Virus record (IMG/VR): IMGVR_UViG_3300000117_000020
Span: 52,855 to 72,854 of that record
From: an uncultured virus (IMG/VR IMGVR_UViG_3300000117_000020)
Taxonomy: Duplodnaviria; Heunggongvirae; Uroviricota; Caudoviricetes; Crassvirales
DNA length: 20,000 nucleotides
Strand: one strand, 5' to 3'
Numbering within the stretch: position 1 is the first letter of the stretch; each line of letters begins with the position of its first letter. Under the pieces are notes generated by a model. It worked only from the letters and a program-made list of their open reading frames with translations, did no database searches and was not told the origin of the DNA. This document shows, piece by piece, positions 6,456 to 16,460 of this stretch. Made by a program: the position numbers and the translations under genes.

Positions 6456-7586
6456 ATGACTAAAAATGAAATTAAGGCTTTCCTTTCTGACAAGCCTGGC
6501 TACCTTAAAGAGGGAGCTGAACGTTTATCAGAAAAACTAAACTGCAGTGTAGAAACTTGTAGACATGCTTTAAAAGAAGCAAGAATAGAAGCTAAAGACG
6601 GTAGTGTAACTAATGAAAATGAAAGTGTTATCACTGAATTTCAAACGTTCCTTGACAAAAATGAAATTGCACCTGACGATGTAAAGTCTGTTAAATTTTG
6701 GCAGACGATGTCTGGACAGCAAAGATTCTCTGTAGTAACTAAAGGAGATGAAAAAAGTAAACATGAGCTTAAAAAAGAAATAGAAGATTTTGCAGCTCAA
6801 TACAGTCCTAAAGTTACTAAGATTAAAAGACAAGATTTAAAAGATCCTTGTGTTTATGAGATATCTTTACCAGATATACATTACGGTAAAATGACTGGAG
6901 AAACATTAGAAGAGTTAGAAGCTAACTTTATGAACTGCGTACAAGATTTAGTACATAAAGGATCAGGCCTAAACATTGAGAAGTTTTTATTACCTATTGG
7001 TAATGATGGAATGAACTCAGAAGGCATGAGACAAGCAACTACAAAAGGCACACCTCAACAAGATGTAGCTGATTGGAAAGATACTTTTCGAGGTTACTGG
7101 AGATTAATGGTACGAGCTATAGATCATTTAAAAGAAATAGCACCTGTACATGTTATAGTAATATCTGGTAATCATGACTTTGAAAGAATGTTCTATGCAG
7201 GAGATGTAATATCAGGCTGGTATAAAAATGATAAAAATGTATCAGTAGATAATGATCTTGAGCAAAGAAAGTACTTTGAATACGGAAAGAATATGATAAT
7301 GTTTACCCATGGAGATAAAGAGAAACCTGCTGAAATGCCGCTTATAATGGCAACTGAGCAACCTTTAATGTTCTCTAGGTGTGAATTTCGTGAAGCCCAC
7401 TGTGGACATTTACATAAGGAAATGGTAAATGAATATAGAGGTATAAAGGTAAGATTCTTACCATCTATATGCTCTAATGACAGTTGGCACAAAGGTATGG
7501 GTTATGAAGCTAGAAGAACAGCACAAGCTCATATTTGGAGTAAAGAACGAGGATATGAAGGATACCTACAAACAAACGTAATATAA
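6456..7586 (+). CDS. Calcineurin-like metallophosphoesterase with N-terminal helical (HTH-like) extension
   Basis: Five motifs in order: PDIHYG, GNDGMN, GNHD, THGD, GHLH. Confidence 0.85.
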   Translation: MTKNEIKAFLSDKPGYLKEGAERLSEKLNCSVETCRHALKEARIEAKDGSVTNENESVITEFQTFLDKNEIAPDDVKSVKFWQTMSGQQRFSVVTKGDEKSKHELKKEIEDFAAQYSPKVTKIKRQDLKDPCVYEISLPDIHYGKMTGETLEELEANFMNCVQDLVHKGSGLNIEKFLLPIGNDGMNSEGMRQATTKGTPQQDVADWKDTFRGYWRLMVRAIDHLKEIAPVHVIVISGNHDFERMFYAGDVISGWYKNDKNVSVDNDLEQRKYFEYGKNMIMFTHGDKEKPAEMPLIMATEQPLMFSRCEFREAHCGHLHKEMVNEYRGIKVRFLPSICSNDSWHKGMGYEARRTAQAHIWSKERGYEGYLQTNVI

Positions 7587-7587
7587 A

Positions 7588-8283
7588 ATGACTTTAAATG
7601 AAATTGCATATAATATACTAAATTTAGTTAGAGGAGGAAGGCCCAATCAAAGTGAGCACATTTCTTTATCTCAAATTAAATTTAATATAAAACATTACAG
7701 AGCTATGATGATTCGTAGAGACTTTGCTAGAAATGGTATAGTTACTCGTCATATAGAACAAGATCTAGGATGCTTAGAATTAGAAGAAGTAAATCCATCT
7801 AAATGTTGTGATTTACCTGTATCATGTTCTGTATCTAGGACTATTAAAAAAATCCCAAGAACTGTGCGATTTAATTTTAAAGAAGGCTTAACCTATGTAG
7901 GAGACGTAACGGGGATAGAAACTATCCCTGTTATTGACAATCATATGGTAAAGTGGTTACCTCATGATAAGTATACTTCAAATAAACATAAAGGATATAT
8001 GATTGAAGATCATTTATATATTTATAATGCAAAAGGTTTAAAATTTGTAAACGTTAGAGGAGCATTTGAAAATCCTGAAGATCTTAAAGACTTTCAGTGT
8101 GAGAATGGGGTATGTTGGGATGATAGTAAACCTTTCCCAATTCCTGCAGATATGATACAAGCTATTACAGCAGGAATGGCAAGTGGAGAACTACAACTAT
8201 TATTAGGAACAACAAGTGATACTTTAGCAGATCAAGCACAAGATATGACAGGAGGTATACCAGGCCCTGCTAAAAAACAATAA
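7588..8283 (+). CDS. crAss-like tail ring/structural protein
   Basis: N-terminus MTLNEIAYNIL...ISLSQIKF.I..YRA and C-terminal V.VRGAFENP...FPIP..MI..I resemble crAss-like ring proteins as I recall them; gene position agrees. Confidence 0.6.
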   Translation: MTLNEIAYNILNLVRGGRPNQSEHISLSQIKFNIKHYRAMMIRRDFARNGIVTRHIEQDLGCLELEEVNPSKCCDLPVSCSVSRTIKKIPRTVRFNFKEGLTYVGDVTGIETIPVIDNHMVKWLPHDKYTSNKHKGYMIEDHLYIYNAKGLKFVNVRGAFENPEDLKDFQCENGVCWDDSKPFPIPADMIQAITAGMASGELQLLLGTTSDTLADQAQDMTGGIPGPAKKQ

Positions 8284-8753
8284 TGAATTATACTTTAGAA
8301 GATATATATAATTATTATTGTGAAACAGAAGAAGATATAGATAAAACTATATTTAAAGCTATATGTTCAGATTTTAATATTTTAACAATAGATAACATAT
8401 TAGAAGGAGGAACATTTAACATGGGTAATAATTTATCTACCCTCTCTATAAAAAGAACAAGTAGAGATCCTAGATCGCCTAGAATTGATTGGGGAGAAAG
8501 TAATAAATATAAAAAAGAATTATTAGATGATGGGCAGATATTATTTAATAAAGAAACAGACAAAGGAATAAAATGGCACATATATTATACAGATGGTTTT
8601 TATTGTAGGTATTATTGGAACAAAGGAAGATGCCGTATACCAAACAAATCTGCATATAAATTTACTCCCACAAGAGGATTAAAGGGAAACAAAGAAAAGC
8701 TAATTAAATTATTACACACAGATGAATTAGCTTATTTAAAATTTAAAAAATAA
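8283..8753 (+). CDS. crAss-like IHF/HU-like protein
   Basis: Helical N-terminus, then ILEGGTFNMGNNLSTLSIKR, IDW..S, and YKFTPTR, matching the HU/IHF arm pattern; lies upstream of the tail tubular gene. Confidence 0.6.
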   Translation: MNYTLEDIYNYYCETEEDIDKTIFKAICSDFNILTIDNILEGGTFNMGNNLSTLSIKRTSRDPRSPRIDWGESNKYKKELLDDGQILFNKETDKGIKWHIYYTDGFYCRYYWNKGRCRIPNKSAYKFTPTRGLKGNKEKLIKLLHTDELAYLKFKK

Positions 8754-9196
8754 TGGCAAGTAAATATCACATAACAAAAGACGGTCGTAAAGCAAAAAAA
8801 GGTTTGTATTATTATATGAACAGAGCAAAAAGATTAGGTAAATCTAAACCAGGTAAAGGAAGTGTGTCAGATAAAGCATTAAAAGATTCTGCAAAAACTG
8901 CAAAAAAAAGATATGGGGGGTGTGCAGATTGTATGAGATCTGGAGGAGTTAAAAGTCCTGCATGGCAAAGAAAAGAAGGTAAGAGTCCTAGTGGAGGATT
9001 AAATGCTAAAGGTAGAGCTTCGTATAGAAGAGCTAATCCAGGAAGTAAATTAGCTGCTCCTCAACCAGAAGGGGGATCAAGAAAAAGATCTTTTTGTGCA
9101 AGAATGAAAGGAATGAAAAGAAAACTTACAAGCAGTAAAACAGCAAATGATCCTGATTCAAGAATAAATAAATCACTGAGAAAGTGGAAATGTTAA
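8753..9196 (+). CDS. Highly basic protein; C-terminal half resembles a marine-phage family (DUF6321-like, from memory)
   Basis: SPAWQRKEGK.PSGGLNAKGRASY...RKRSFCARMKGMK..LTS.KTANDPDSRINKSLRKWKC. Confidence 0.7.
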   Translation: MASKYHITKDGRKAKKGLYYYMNRAKRLGKSKPGKGSVSDKALKDSAKTAKKRYGGCADCMRSGGVKSPAWQRKEGKSPSGGLNAKGRASYRRANPGSKLAAPQPEGGSRKRSFCARMKGMKRKLTSSKTANDPDSRINKSLRKWKC

Positions 9197-9200
9197 AATT

Positions 9201-10175
9201 ATGATTTACAGAAATACATCAAGTAAAAGTATTATTAGAAAAGTAATGCGTGATCTAAAACCTAATGATGATAATTGGGTAGATGATGCAATAGAGTGGA
9301 TAGGAGAGGCATTAGAGCATATAGGTTCTGCTGCCCAACTAGCTACAAAAAAGACTGTACTACACATTAAAGATAATAAAGCATTATTACCTAACGATTT
9401 ATATTATATTAACCAGGTAGCAGTAAACAATTTAGTTAAACCTTCTATAGCATCTGAATTAGAAACGTTAACAAACAAAGTAAAAACATTAAAATCAACT
9501 GTACAAGAGTATAATAAAACATTAGAAAGTGAAGTAGTTAAATCTGCAGATGGTACATATACATCTAGTATTACTGCTACAGATTTAGAAACATATGATA
9601 CTCAGTATAAAAGCAATGTCTTAGAATTAAATGAAATTAACAGCAGGATTATTGTTTTAGAGGGGATGTTTTTTAACAACAAAATCGATGGATCAAGTGC
9701 TAACTTAATACCACTGTGTTATGGAGCTAGCACTTTTCCAGAATCTATACACTGTGTAGATTGTGTAAATGAAGTATCAAATGCTAAAGATTCTTATATA
9801 ATTGATTATGATTATATAAAAACATCTTTTGCTTCAGGACAAATATGTTTATCATATACAGCGTTTCCTGTAGATGAAGATTGTTTTCCTTTAGTACCAG
9901 ATGATATAAGTTATAAAGAAGCTATGTTTTGGTACATATTTAAACAGTTATTATTAGGAGGGTGGGACAAACCTACTAATAAAATTGATTATAATTATGC
10001 AGATCAGAAATGGATGAAATATTGTTCACAGGCTAGAGCAAATGCTAATTTTCCTGATATAGATAAAATGGATAGTTTTATGAATCAATGGGTAAGACTT
10101 GTTCCAGACGTTAATGCACATAGTGTATTTTTTGAAGAGCTAGGTACAAGAGAAAATTTAAATAGATCAATGTAA
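9201..10175 (+). CDS. Tail tubular/ring protein (crAss-like Ttub, P22 gp4-like)
   Basis: DAIEWIGEALEHIG, YIKTSF..GQI.LSY.AFPVDEDCFPLVPD..SYKEA..WYI and W..YCSQA; directly upstream of the muzzle gene with a TAATG overlap. Confidence 0.75.
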   Translation: MIYRNTSSKSIIRKVMRDLKPNDDNWVDDAIEWIGEALEHIGSAAQLATKKTVLHIKDNKALLPNDLYYINQVAVNNLVKPSIASELETLTNKVKTLKSTVQEYNKTLESEVVKSADGTYTSSITATDLETYDTQYKSNVLELNEINSRIIVLEGMFFNNKIDGSSANLIPLCYGASTFPESIHCVDCVNEVSNAKDSYIIDYDYIKTSFASGQICLSYTAFPVDEDCFPLVPDDISYKEAMFWYIFKQLLLGGWDKPTNKIDYNYADQKWMKYCSQARANANFPDIDKMDSFMNQWVRLVPDVNAHSVFFEELGTRENLNRSM

Positions 10176-13100
10176 TGGGTAAGTATATAAAAGGACTTTC
10201 TAAAGATACAGGGCATATGGATCAGCCCGAAGGAACATGGAGATATGCTAGAAACATACAAATACATCCTGTAGACGGAGTATTGTCAAATGAGCATGGA
10301 ATGGAGCTTCTTTCTAAAAAAAGTAAACCTGGTTTACCTGACAATACAAACATATTACCTGAAGGTTCTATTGTAATAGGATCTATAGAAATTAATGATG
10401 ATAGAGTTATTTTATTTTTAACATTTAACACAACATTTACTGACCTTGCATTTGATTTTGAATATAATTCAGAAATAGGAATACTTGAGAATGACTCTTA
10501 TACTACTTTATTTAGACCTAACAGAGATACTGTTAATACTACTGTTTCTTTAACAGGAACTGATTTTAATTTAAATTTTAATCAAAACCATTTTATAGAA
10601 GGAACGTATAAAATAAATCCAGATGGGGAACTATTTGTTTATTGGGTAGATAATGTAAATCCGCCTAGAGCAATGAATATTACTAGGCAACAAGAATGGC
10701 TTAATAATTCAGGAGGTGTAGGACAACCGTTTGAAAGATTGTATGGGTTAGATCCAGAATCAACATCAAACCCTTCTCATATTAGAATGTTAGATCTTTT
10801 TCCATCATCAGGACCTGTTCCTCATGTAGAGTTTAATAGTATAAATCCAGGAGGTAACTTATTAACAGGAGTATATTTTTTAGCTCTTGCATATGTTGAT
10901 AGAGATCTTGTAGCTACAAACTATGTTACACTAACAAACCCTATATCTATTGTTGAAGACATTGAAGGAGTATTACCTATAGAAAGGTATGATGGAGCAC
11001 CAGCAGCTGTGCCTTCAGGTAAATCAATTACATGGAATGTAAGTAACTTAAATACAGATTATGAATATTTAAGACCTGTAGTTATAAGAAAATCTGACGG
11101 TAAACGTACAACTTTTAAATTAAATGATCTTCCTATTAAAAATGTAGCAGGTGCTGTTAGTTTAAATTCTGTAACATTTACAGGGTTAGAAGGTTTTAAT
11201 GGATTTGATAACGTAGAAGATGTAATTGTTGACACAGTGTCTTACGAGACTGCTAAGACAATTAATCAATTAGACGGTAGTCTATACTTAGGAAATGTAA
11301 AAGGCTCTAAGGATGTAGGATATCAGCCCTATGCTAACTATATTAGTTCTAGACCTGCTTTACATCCTCTTCCGTTTTTTGATCCGCATGAAGCAACTAT
11401 TGATGTATTAGAACACGGGTATATAGAAAGTTCTCCAGAAAATTTACAAGGAGGAAATATAGAAAGTAGATCTCAAGGGTTTAGGCATAACAAAAATATA
11501 TATAAATATAAAGGTTATACAAGAGATGAAGTATATGCATTTTACATTGCGTTTATATTAAATGATGGTACAGAGTCTTATGCATACCATATTCCAGGTA
11601 GAGCACCTTTACGTTTAAATGAATTAAATTCTACAGGTGCTTTTCAATATGAAAGTATTCCTACTTATAATTTTAATAATAGTATTATTGATGCAAATAA
11701 TACTTTAGCAGATCCAGACATTAATGCATTTGGTTTATGGGAATCATGTGATATATATCCTTTAGATCCTGATAATGCATTAAGACAAATAACAAATAAT
11801 AAAGGTAGAGCATTTCATTTTTTTGAAACTAGTATGTTAGAGGGAAGTAGAAATATGAACTACTGGCAAAATACAGGAGAAAGATATCCAACAGATGAAT
11901 TAAATGCAATTAACTGGGATGTACTAGATGCTTCTAGACCTGGTAGGCCAGGCTCCTCATTAGCAGGAAGGCGTGTAAGACATCATCATTTCCCATCTAA
12001 TGAAAATGCAGAGTATCAATCTATACACAGTAATACTTCTACAATTGATATTATATTAGATGTAAAAGAAGTTTATAGTATTGATTTTAATTGGGCAACC
12101 TCTAAAGCTAGAAGAACAGGTGGTATGGGTTTAAGTAATAATGAAGTTGTTTGGGGAAAATTATTTGAAGTTTATAATGGGTCTACTCCAAACAATAATG
12201 AAAGCACGGGAGGAGCAAGTATTCCTGAAATAGAAGCTATGCTAACAGTACCATATTTTTCAGGAGACGGTCCTGGCGATTCAAACTCTATTGAAAATCA
12301 TCTTTCTTGTGATACTACTAGACAAATTTTTATGTTCTACGAGTTAAATGCAGATGCTACAACTATTTATCCTAATATAGGAGATAAAATGTCTTTTAAC
12401 TGGGTTAATAAAAGTAAGAGTGGTGGAAATGCAAAAGCAGGAGCATATGCAACAATAGTAAGTAATGATTTTATTTCAGGTCCTGGACCGTATAATAATG
12501 ATCCCATATCTTTAATGGACAATGATCCAAACAGTGATTATACAAGTTCTACATATGGAGCAGGAGAATATAGTTATGTACAATCTAGAAAAGACTCTAA
12601 CGTAAATGGATCTGCTATTGTTAATAAAGGTGATTGTAAAAATAGTAATGGTAAAGGTACTGTTAAATTTTCTACAGGATGTATTGAAGTAAAGAAAAAA
12701 AGCCCAGGTACTGAATCTTGGGATACTCATAGTGGGGCTATGGGAGATCGACCATCAAATGTCACTCCTGGTAATAGTAACTTTGGTCCAGGTAATAATT
12801 CATGCAGTACAGGTTTAGTAACTGTTGTTTTAGTTGATCCTGCTAGAAAATACATTGTAGCTAGAGCTGATAGTGATGGGTTACCAGGTTCTTTTGCTAC
12901 TACATATATGGAACCTTCTAAATGTCAAGGGTGGGTACACTGGAAAGCTGGAGATACATCTGCAACAGATGGAGGATACATTGCTCATTATGTAAGATCT
13001 TTAGGTATACAATTTGAGGATTTAAAAGTACCACAAGAAATATGGGAAAAAACACAAGGTTTTAGAATATACTATGCAAATAGAGAACATCATGACAGAC

Positions 13101-16100
13101 GTATTTTAGGACAAAATACATTAAATCCATATGCTACTACAGAAGATCCTATAGTACCTGCATGCGAGAATTCAATATCAGAATTTAATGGAATATCTGA
13201 TGAATCGTATGGACTTGAATCTTCAGCTGTTCAATCAAAAGAACACTACTGGATTAATTTTCCTTACTATTTAGATGAAACAGCATATCTTTTACCTAAC
13301 CCAAAAGATGCTGGAATGACTTATGGGTATCAAGGATTAAGTTTTCATGACTTTTATTTAATGAGAGGGCACGGGCCAAGTGGAAGTGGGGAAGCTAGAA
13401 GAAGTATTACTGCTGCTACACATTTAAAATTAGATTATATTGTAGAAAACATTGCTTTTAGTGGGCCTTACATGCCTCAAAAAACAGGTGATGGATATGC
13501 TGACTGTCATAAAAATTATTCAGGAGTTCAATATGGTCCTGTAGTAAATGGGTTACAAACAGCATTAAACTTTTTTAGTCCGTCTCAAGCTCAAGATCCT
13601 GCTGTAGGTATTTTTGATGGAGGTACAGATACATTTAATTTATACGAATGGTTACAAACTTCAGGTACACATGTTGATCTTAACAGGCCTATTAAAGAAA
13701 GATGTAAAACTTATTTAAATGGGGATAGTATATACAATGGAAAACAATTAGGTTTTGGGCGTAAGACTTGGAATAACTTTGGAGAAAGTCATATATCTTT
13801 ATTGTTAAATGAAAAGTTTGGTACTTTACCTGCATTTAATTTAACAACAGATTTACCATGGATTAAAGAAGAACCGCCAGCAGATGCGTTTTTTGAGCCT
13901 CATATTGGTAAAGGTGGATTCCAACCTTTTATGTATCAAGCTAATATGCATGCATTTAGATTAGATATGTATAATCCATTTGATAAACAAGATTTAGTAT
14001 GGACAGGGTATGAAGTAACAGGAGACGATTATGATTGGTTTAAGGTAGATGATGTAGGTAATCCTATTGCAAATTTACCTACTATAAATTATTTAACAAG
14101 TGATACATATGATAATGTAATAAATGCAGGAGGTCAACATCCTAGTTTACATGTTGGTAATGTAGCTGGAGCAACAAATCCTACTTATCCAAATTCTGAA
14201 TTAAATAAACAAACTAATCCTCCTATAGAAGAGGGGGGTGCATTTGACTATACAGGAGGAGGGGAAACTTTTTATGCTCCTACAGATCAAGTAATGACTA
14301 TTGAAGATTATATAAAAGTAGCCGCACAACCTGCATTAGATAGGTTTAGAACAGGTCATATATTTGGGGGTGACACATTTATATCTAGACATGGTTATAG
14401 AAAAACAGCTAGATTAAATTTAGTTGATTTAGATGGGTCTCCTATGAATGATGTAAGACGTAGAGATATAAGATATTTATATCATACAATTGTAGAGTCT
14501 ACAGATAATATTAATTTTAGACATGTTGACACTCGAAAAGATTCTTATTTTCCAGGCACTCCTGCAAAAGATGTATTATTATTAAAAAATACAACAGACG
14601 GAACAGATGTGGATAACATGAAATACAATGAAGATTACTCATCTGTTAATAGTATTGGTTCTACAGTACCCCTCCCAATACAAATATCACAACCAACATC
14701 TTTTCCAAATAGAGTTATTAGAAGCGCAACATCAGATGACAGCACATTGTTAGATAACTATAGAATTTTTCTAGCATTACAATTTAAAGATTTACCTAAG
14801 AATAGAGGAGATTTATGGAAAATATCTGTCTTTAATAATTTACTATACTTTCATATGGAAGATAGTATTTTTAGAACTAAAGGTAAACAAACAATGCAAA
14901 TGGCAGATCAGTCAGAAGCTTTTATTGGAAGTGGAGATTTATTTGCACAACCGCCAGAGGAGTTAAAACAAACAGAAGCTGGGTATGGTGGTACACAATC
15001 TCAGTTTGCTACCACGGTAGGAGACTTTGGTTATTTTTATGTAGACCAAAGAAATGCATCTGTTCATATGATAACAGATCAAATGTATGACATTTCTTCT
15101 GTAGGACTAGAAAAATGGTTTCAAACTAATTTACCATATAAATTAAAAGTATTTGGAAAAGTTAATTATCCAGATAATCCATTAAGTTTTGGATTTACTT
15201 CGGTATATGATGAAATATATCAAAGAGTGTTGTTAACTAAAAGAGAACTTATTCCAAGTGCTTTATTTTTGCAAGGATGGCAAAACTTTATAGATCAAAA
15301 TGATACAGATCCAATAGGAATGATACAGTACATACCTGCAAATTCAACAGGTAACGCAAACGGTGTGTCAAATGCATCAGATCAATTTATTATTAAATTA
15401 CCAGATATTGATCCAGATCCTAATTTCTTAGGAGAAGCTGGTGAACAAGATAATCCTTGGACTTTATTACCAGTAGAAGATGAAGCATACAGAGGTAATG
15501 GTAGAAATTATTTCCAAAGAGATGGATGGACTGCTTCTTATAGTCCAAAACTACAATCATGGATATCTTTTCATGATTATACTCCTTATTTATATACATA
15601 CACATCTTCTGCTTTATACTCTTTTAAACAATTTCCAACTATGACAAGTAGAGGTAATGTACATTCAAATATTTGGAAACATAATTATACTTCAACTAAA
15701 GGTACTTATTATGGTAAAACCTATCCGTCAGAAATAGAAATAATACATAATGAAAATAAATTTGTAAATAAATTATTTTACAATTTTTGCTGGATCACAG
15801 ACAGAACCAGCCAAGCTCAAGACTCTAATGATGATTATGGAGGATGTCCTCAATGCGGTATTGCAGGGGGATCCGACAATGCATATCCTGATGTTGACTA
15901 TACTGCTAACCTGTTAACAACAAAAACACATGGTCCTGGATTTGATAAATTTGTATTATATAATTCACATCAAGCTTCTGGTGTAATAACTATAGAAGAA
16001 CTTTTAAATGCAAGAAAAAATGGATGTGAATGGTGTATTAATAAATTTAGAGATTTAACAAGAGAGTCTTCACCTAATTTTTTAGGCGAAGGAAGAAATA

Positions 16101-16456
16101 ATGATTTATATTATGCTTTGCACACACCAAATATGTTTAGTGCTCAAATAGGAGGATTAGATGCTGAAGGAGAAGAATTAGATATAGGAGGAGTAATGGT
16201 AGATGGTGGTGGAAGTTTAATATCTACCCCGCCTAATCAACTACCATTGTGGATTATTTCAGATATGCATGAAACTTTTAACAATAGCGCTGTATATAGT
16301 AAAATTACAGCAATACCTAGACCAAGAAAATTTATAGACAAATGGTTAGCAATTCGTTTGATAACTAGTAATACTGCTAGTTTTTTAGTAAATTTGTACT
16401 CCACTGAAGTGGGTGCTCGTAAATTCCATAGACATGAACAGAATCAACAAAAATAA
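10175..16456 (+). CDS. Tail stabilization/muzzle protein (crAss-like Tstab), 2093 aa
   Basis: N-terminal KGLSKD....QPEGTWRYARN...LSNEHG, then VYWVDNVNPPRAMN, GY.RDEVYAFYI...DG.ES.AYHIPGR, RHHHFP, GGDTFI, GGTQSQ...GYFYVD and WISFHDYTP. Confidence 0.8.
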   Translation: MGKYIKGLSKDTGHMDQPEGTWRYARNIQIHPVDGVLSNEHGMELLSKKSKPGLPDNTNILPEGSIVIGSIEINDDRVILFLTFNTTFTDLAFDFEYNSEIGILENDSYTTLFRPNRDTVNTTVSLTGTDFNLNFNQNHFIEGTYKINPDGELFVYWVDNVNPPRAMNITRQQEWLNNSGGVGQPFERLYGLDPESTSNPSHIRMLDLFPSSGPVPHVEFNSINPGGNLLTGVYFLALAYVDRDLVATNYVTLTNPISIVEDIEGVLPIERYDGAPAAVPSGKSITWNVSNLNTDYEYLRPVVIRKSDGKRTTFKLNDLPIKNVAGAVSLNSVTFTGLEGFNGFDNVEDVIVDTVSYETAKTINQLDGSLYLGNVKGSKDVGYQPYANYISSRPALHPLPFFDPHEATIDVLEHGYIESSPENLQGGNIESRSQGFRHNKNIYKYKGYTRDEVYAFYIAFILNDGTESYAYHIPGRAPLRLNELNSTGAFQYESIPTYNFNNSIIDANNTLADPDINAFGLWESCDIYPLDPDNALRQITNNKGRAFHFFETSMLEGSRNMNYWQNTGERYPTDELNAINWDVLDASRPGRPGSSLAGRRVRHHHFPSNENAEYQSIHSNTSTIDIILDVKEVYSIDFNWATSKARRTGGMGLSNNEVVWGKLFEVYNGSTPNNNESTGGASIPEIEAMLTVPYFSGDGPGDSNSIENHLSCDTTRQIFMFYELNADATTIYPNIGDKMSFNWVNKSKSGGNAKAGAYATIVSNDFISGPGPYNNDPISLMDNDPNSDYTSSTYGAGEYSYVQSRKDSNVNGSAIVNKGDCKNSNGKGTVKFSTGCIEVKKKSPGTESWDTHSGAMGDRPSNVTPGNSNFGPGNNSCSTGLVTVVLVDPARKYIVARADSDGLPGSFATTYMEPSKCQGWVHWKAGDTSATDGGYIAHYVRSLGIQFEDLKVPQEIWEKTQGFRIYYANREHHDRRILGQNTLNPYATTEDPIVPACENSISEFNGISDESYGLESSAVQSKEHYWINFPYYLDETAYLLPNPKDAGMTYGYQGLSFHDFYLMRGHGPSGSGEARRSITAATHLKLDYIVENIAFSGPYMPQKTGDGYADCHKNYSGVQYGPVVNGLQTALNFFSPSQAQDPAVGIFDGGTDTFNLYEWLQTSGTHVDLNRPIKERCKTYLNGDSIYNGKQLGFGRKTWNNFGESHISLLLNEKFGTLPAFNLTTDLPWIKEEPPADAFFEPHIGKGGFQPFMYQANMHAFRLDMYNPFDKQDLVWTGYEVTGDDYDWFKVDDVGNPIANLPTINYLTSDTYDNVINAGGQHPSLHVGNVAGATNPTYPNSELNKQTNPPIEEGGAFDYTGGGETFYAPTDQVMTIEDYIKVAAQPALDRFRTGHIFGGDTFISRHGYRKTARLNLVDLDGSPMNDVRRRDIRYLYHTIVESTDNINFRHVDTRKDSYFPGTPAKDVLLLKNTTDGTDVDNMKYNEDYSSVNSIGSTVPLPIQISQPTSFPNRVIRSATSDDSTLLDNYRIFLALQFKDLPKNRGDLWKISVFNNLLYFHMEDSIFRTKGKQTMQMADQSEAFIGSGDLFAQPPEELKQTEAGYGGTQSQFATTVGDFGYFYVDQRNASVHMITDQMYDISSVGLEKWFQTNLPYKLKVFGKVNYPDNPLSFGFTSVYDEIYQRVLLTKRELIPSALFLQGWQNFIDQNDTDPIGMIQYIPANSTGNANGVSNASDQFIIKLPDIDPDPNFLGEAGEQDNPWTLLPVEDEAYRGNGRNYFQRDGWTASYSPKLQSWISFHDYTPYLYTYTSSALYSFKQFPTMTSRGNVHSNIWKHNYTSTKGTYYGKTYPSEIEIIHNENKFVNKLFYNFCWITDRTSQAQDSNDDYGGCPQCGIAGGSDNAYPDVDYTANLLTTKTHGPGFDKFVLYNSHQASGVITIEELLNARKNGCEWCINKFRDLTRESSPNFLGEGRNNDLYYALHTPNMFSAQIGGLDAEGEELDIGGVMVDGGGSLISTPPNQLPLWIISDMHETFNNSAVYSKITAIPRPRKFIDKWLAIRLITSNTASFLVNLYSTEVGARKFHRHEQNQQK

Positions 16457-16460
16457 AAAA

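Noticed and set aside
10175..16456. Intein or intron explaining the large muzzle gene
   Set aside because: No Cys-start/His-Asn-end splice motifs or LAGLIDADG blocks were recognised, and the frame is uninterrupted.
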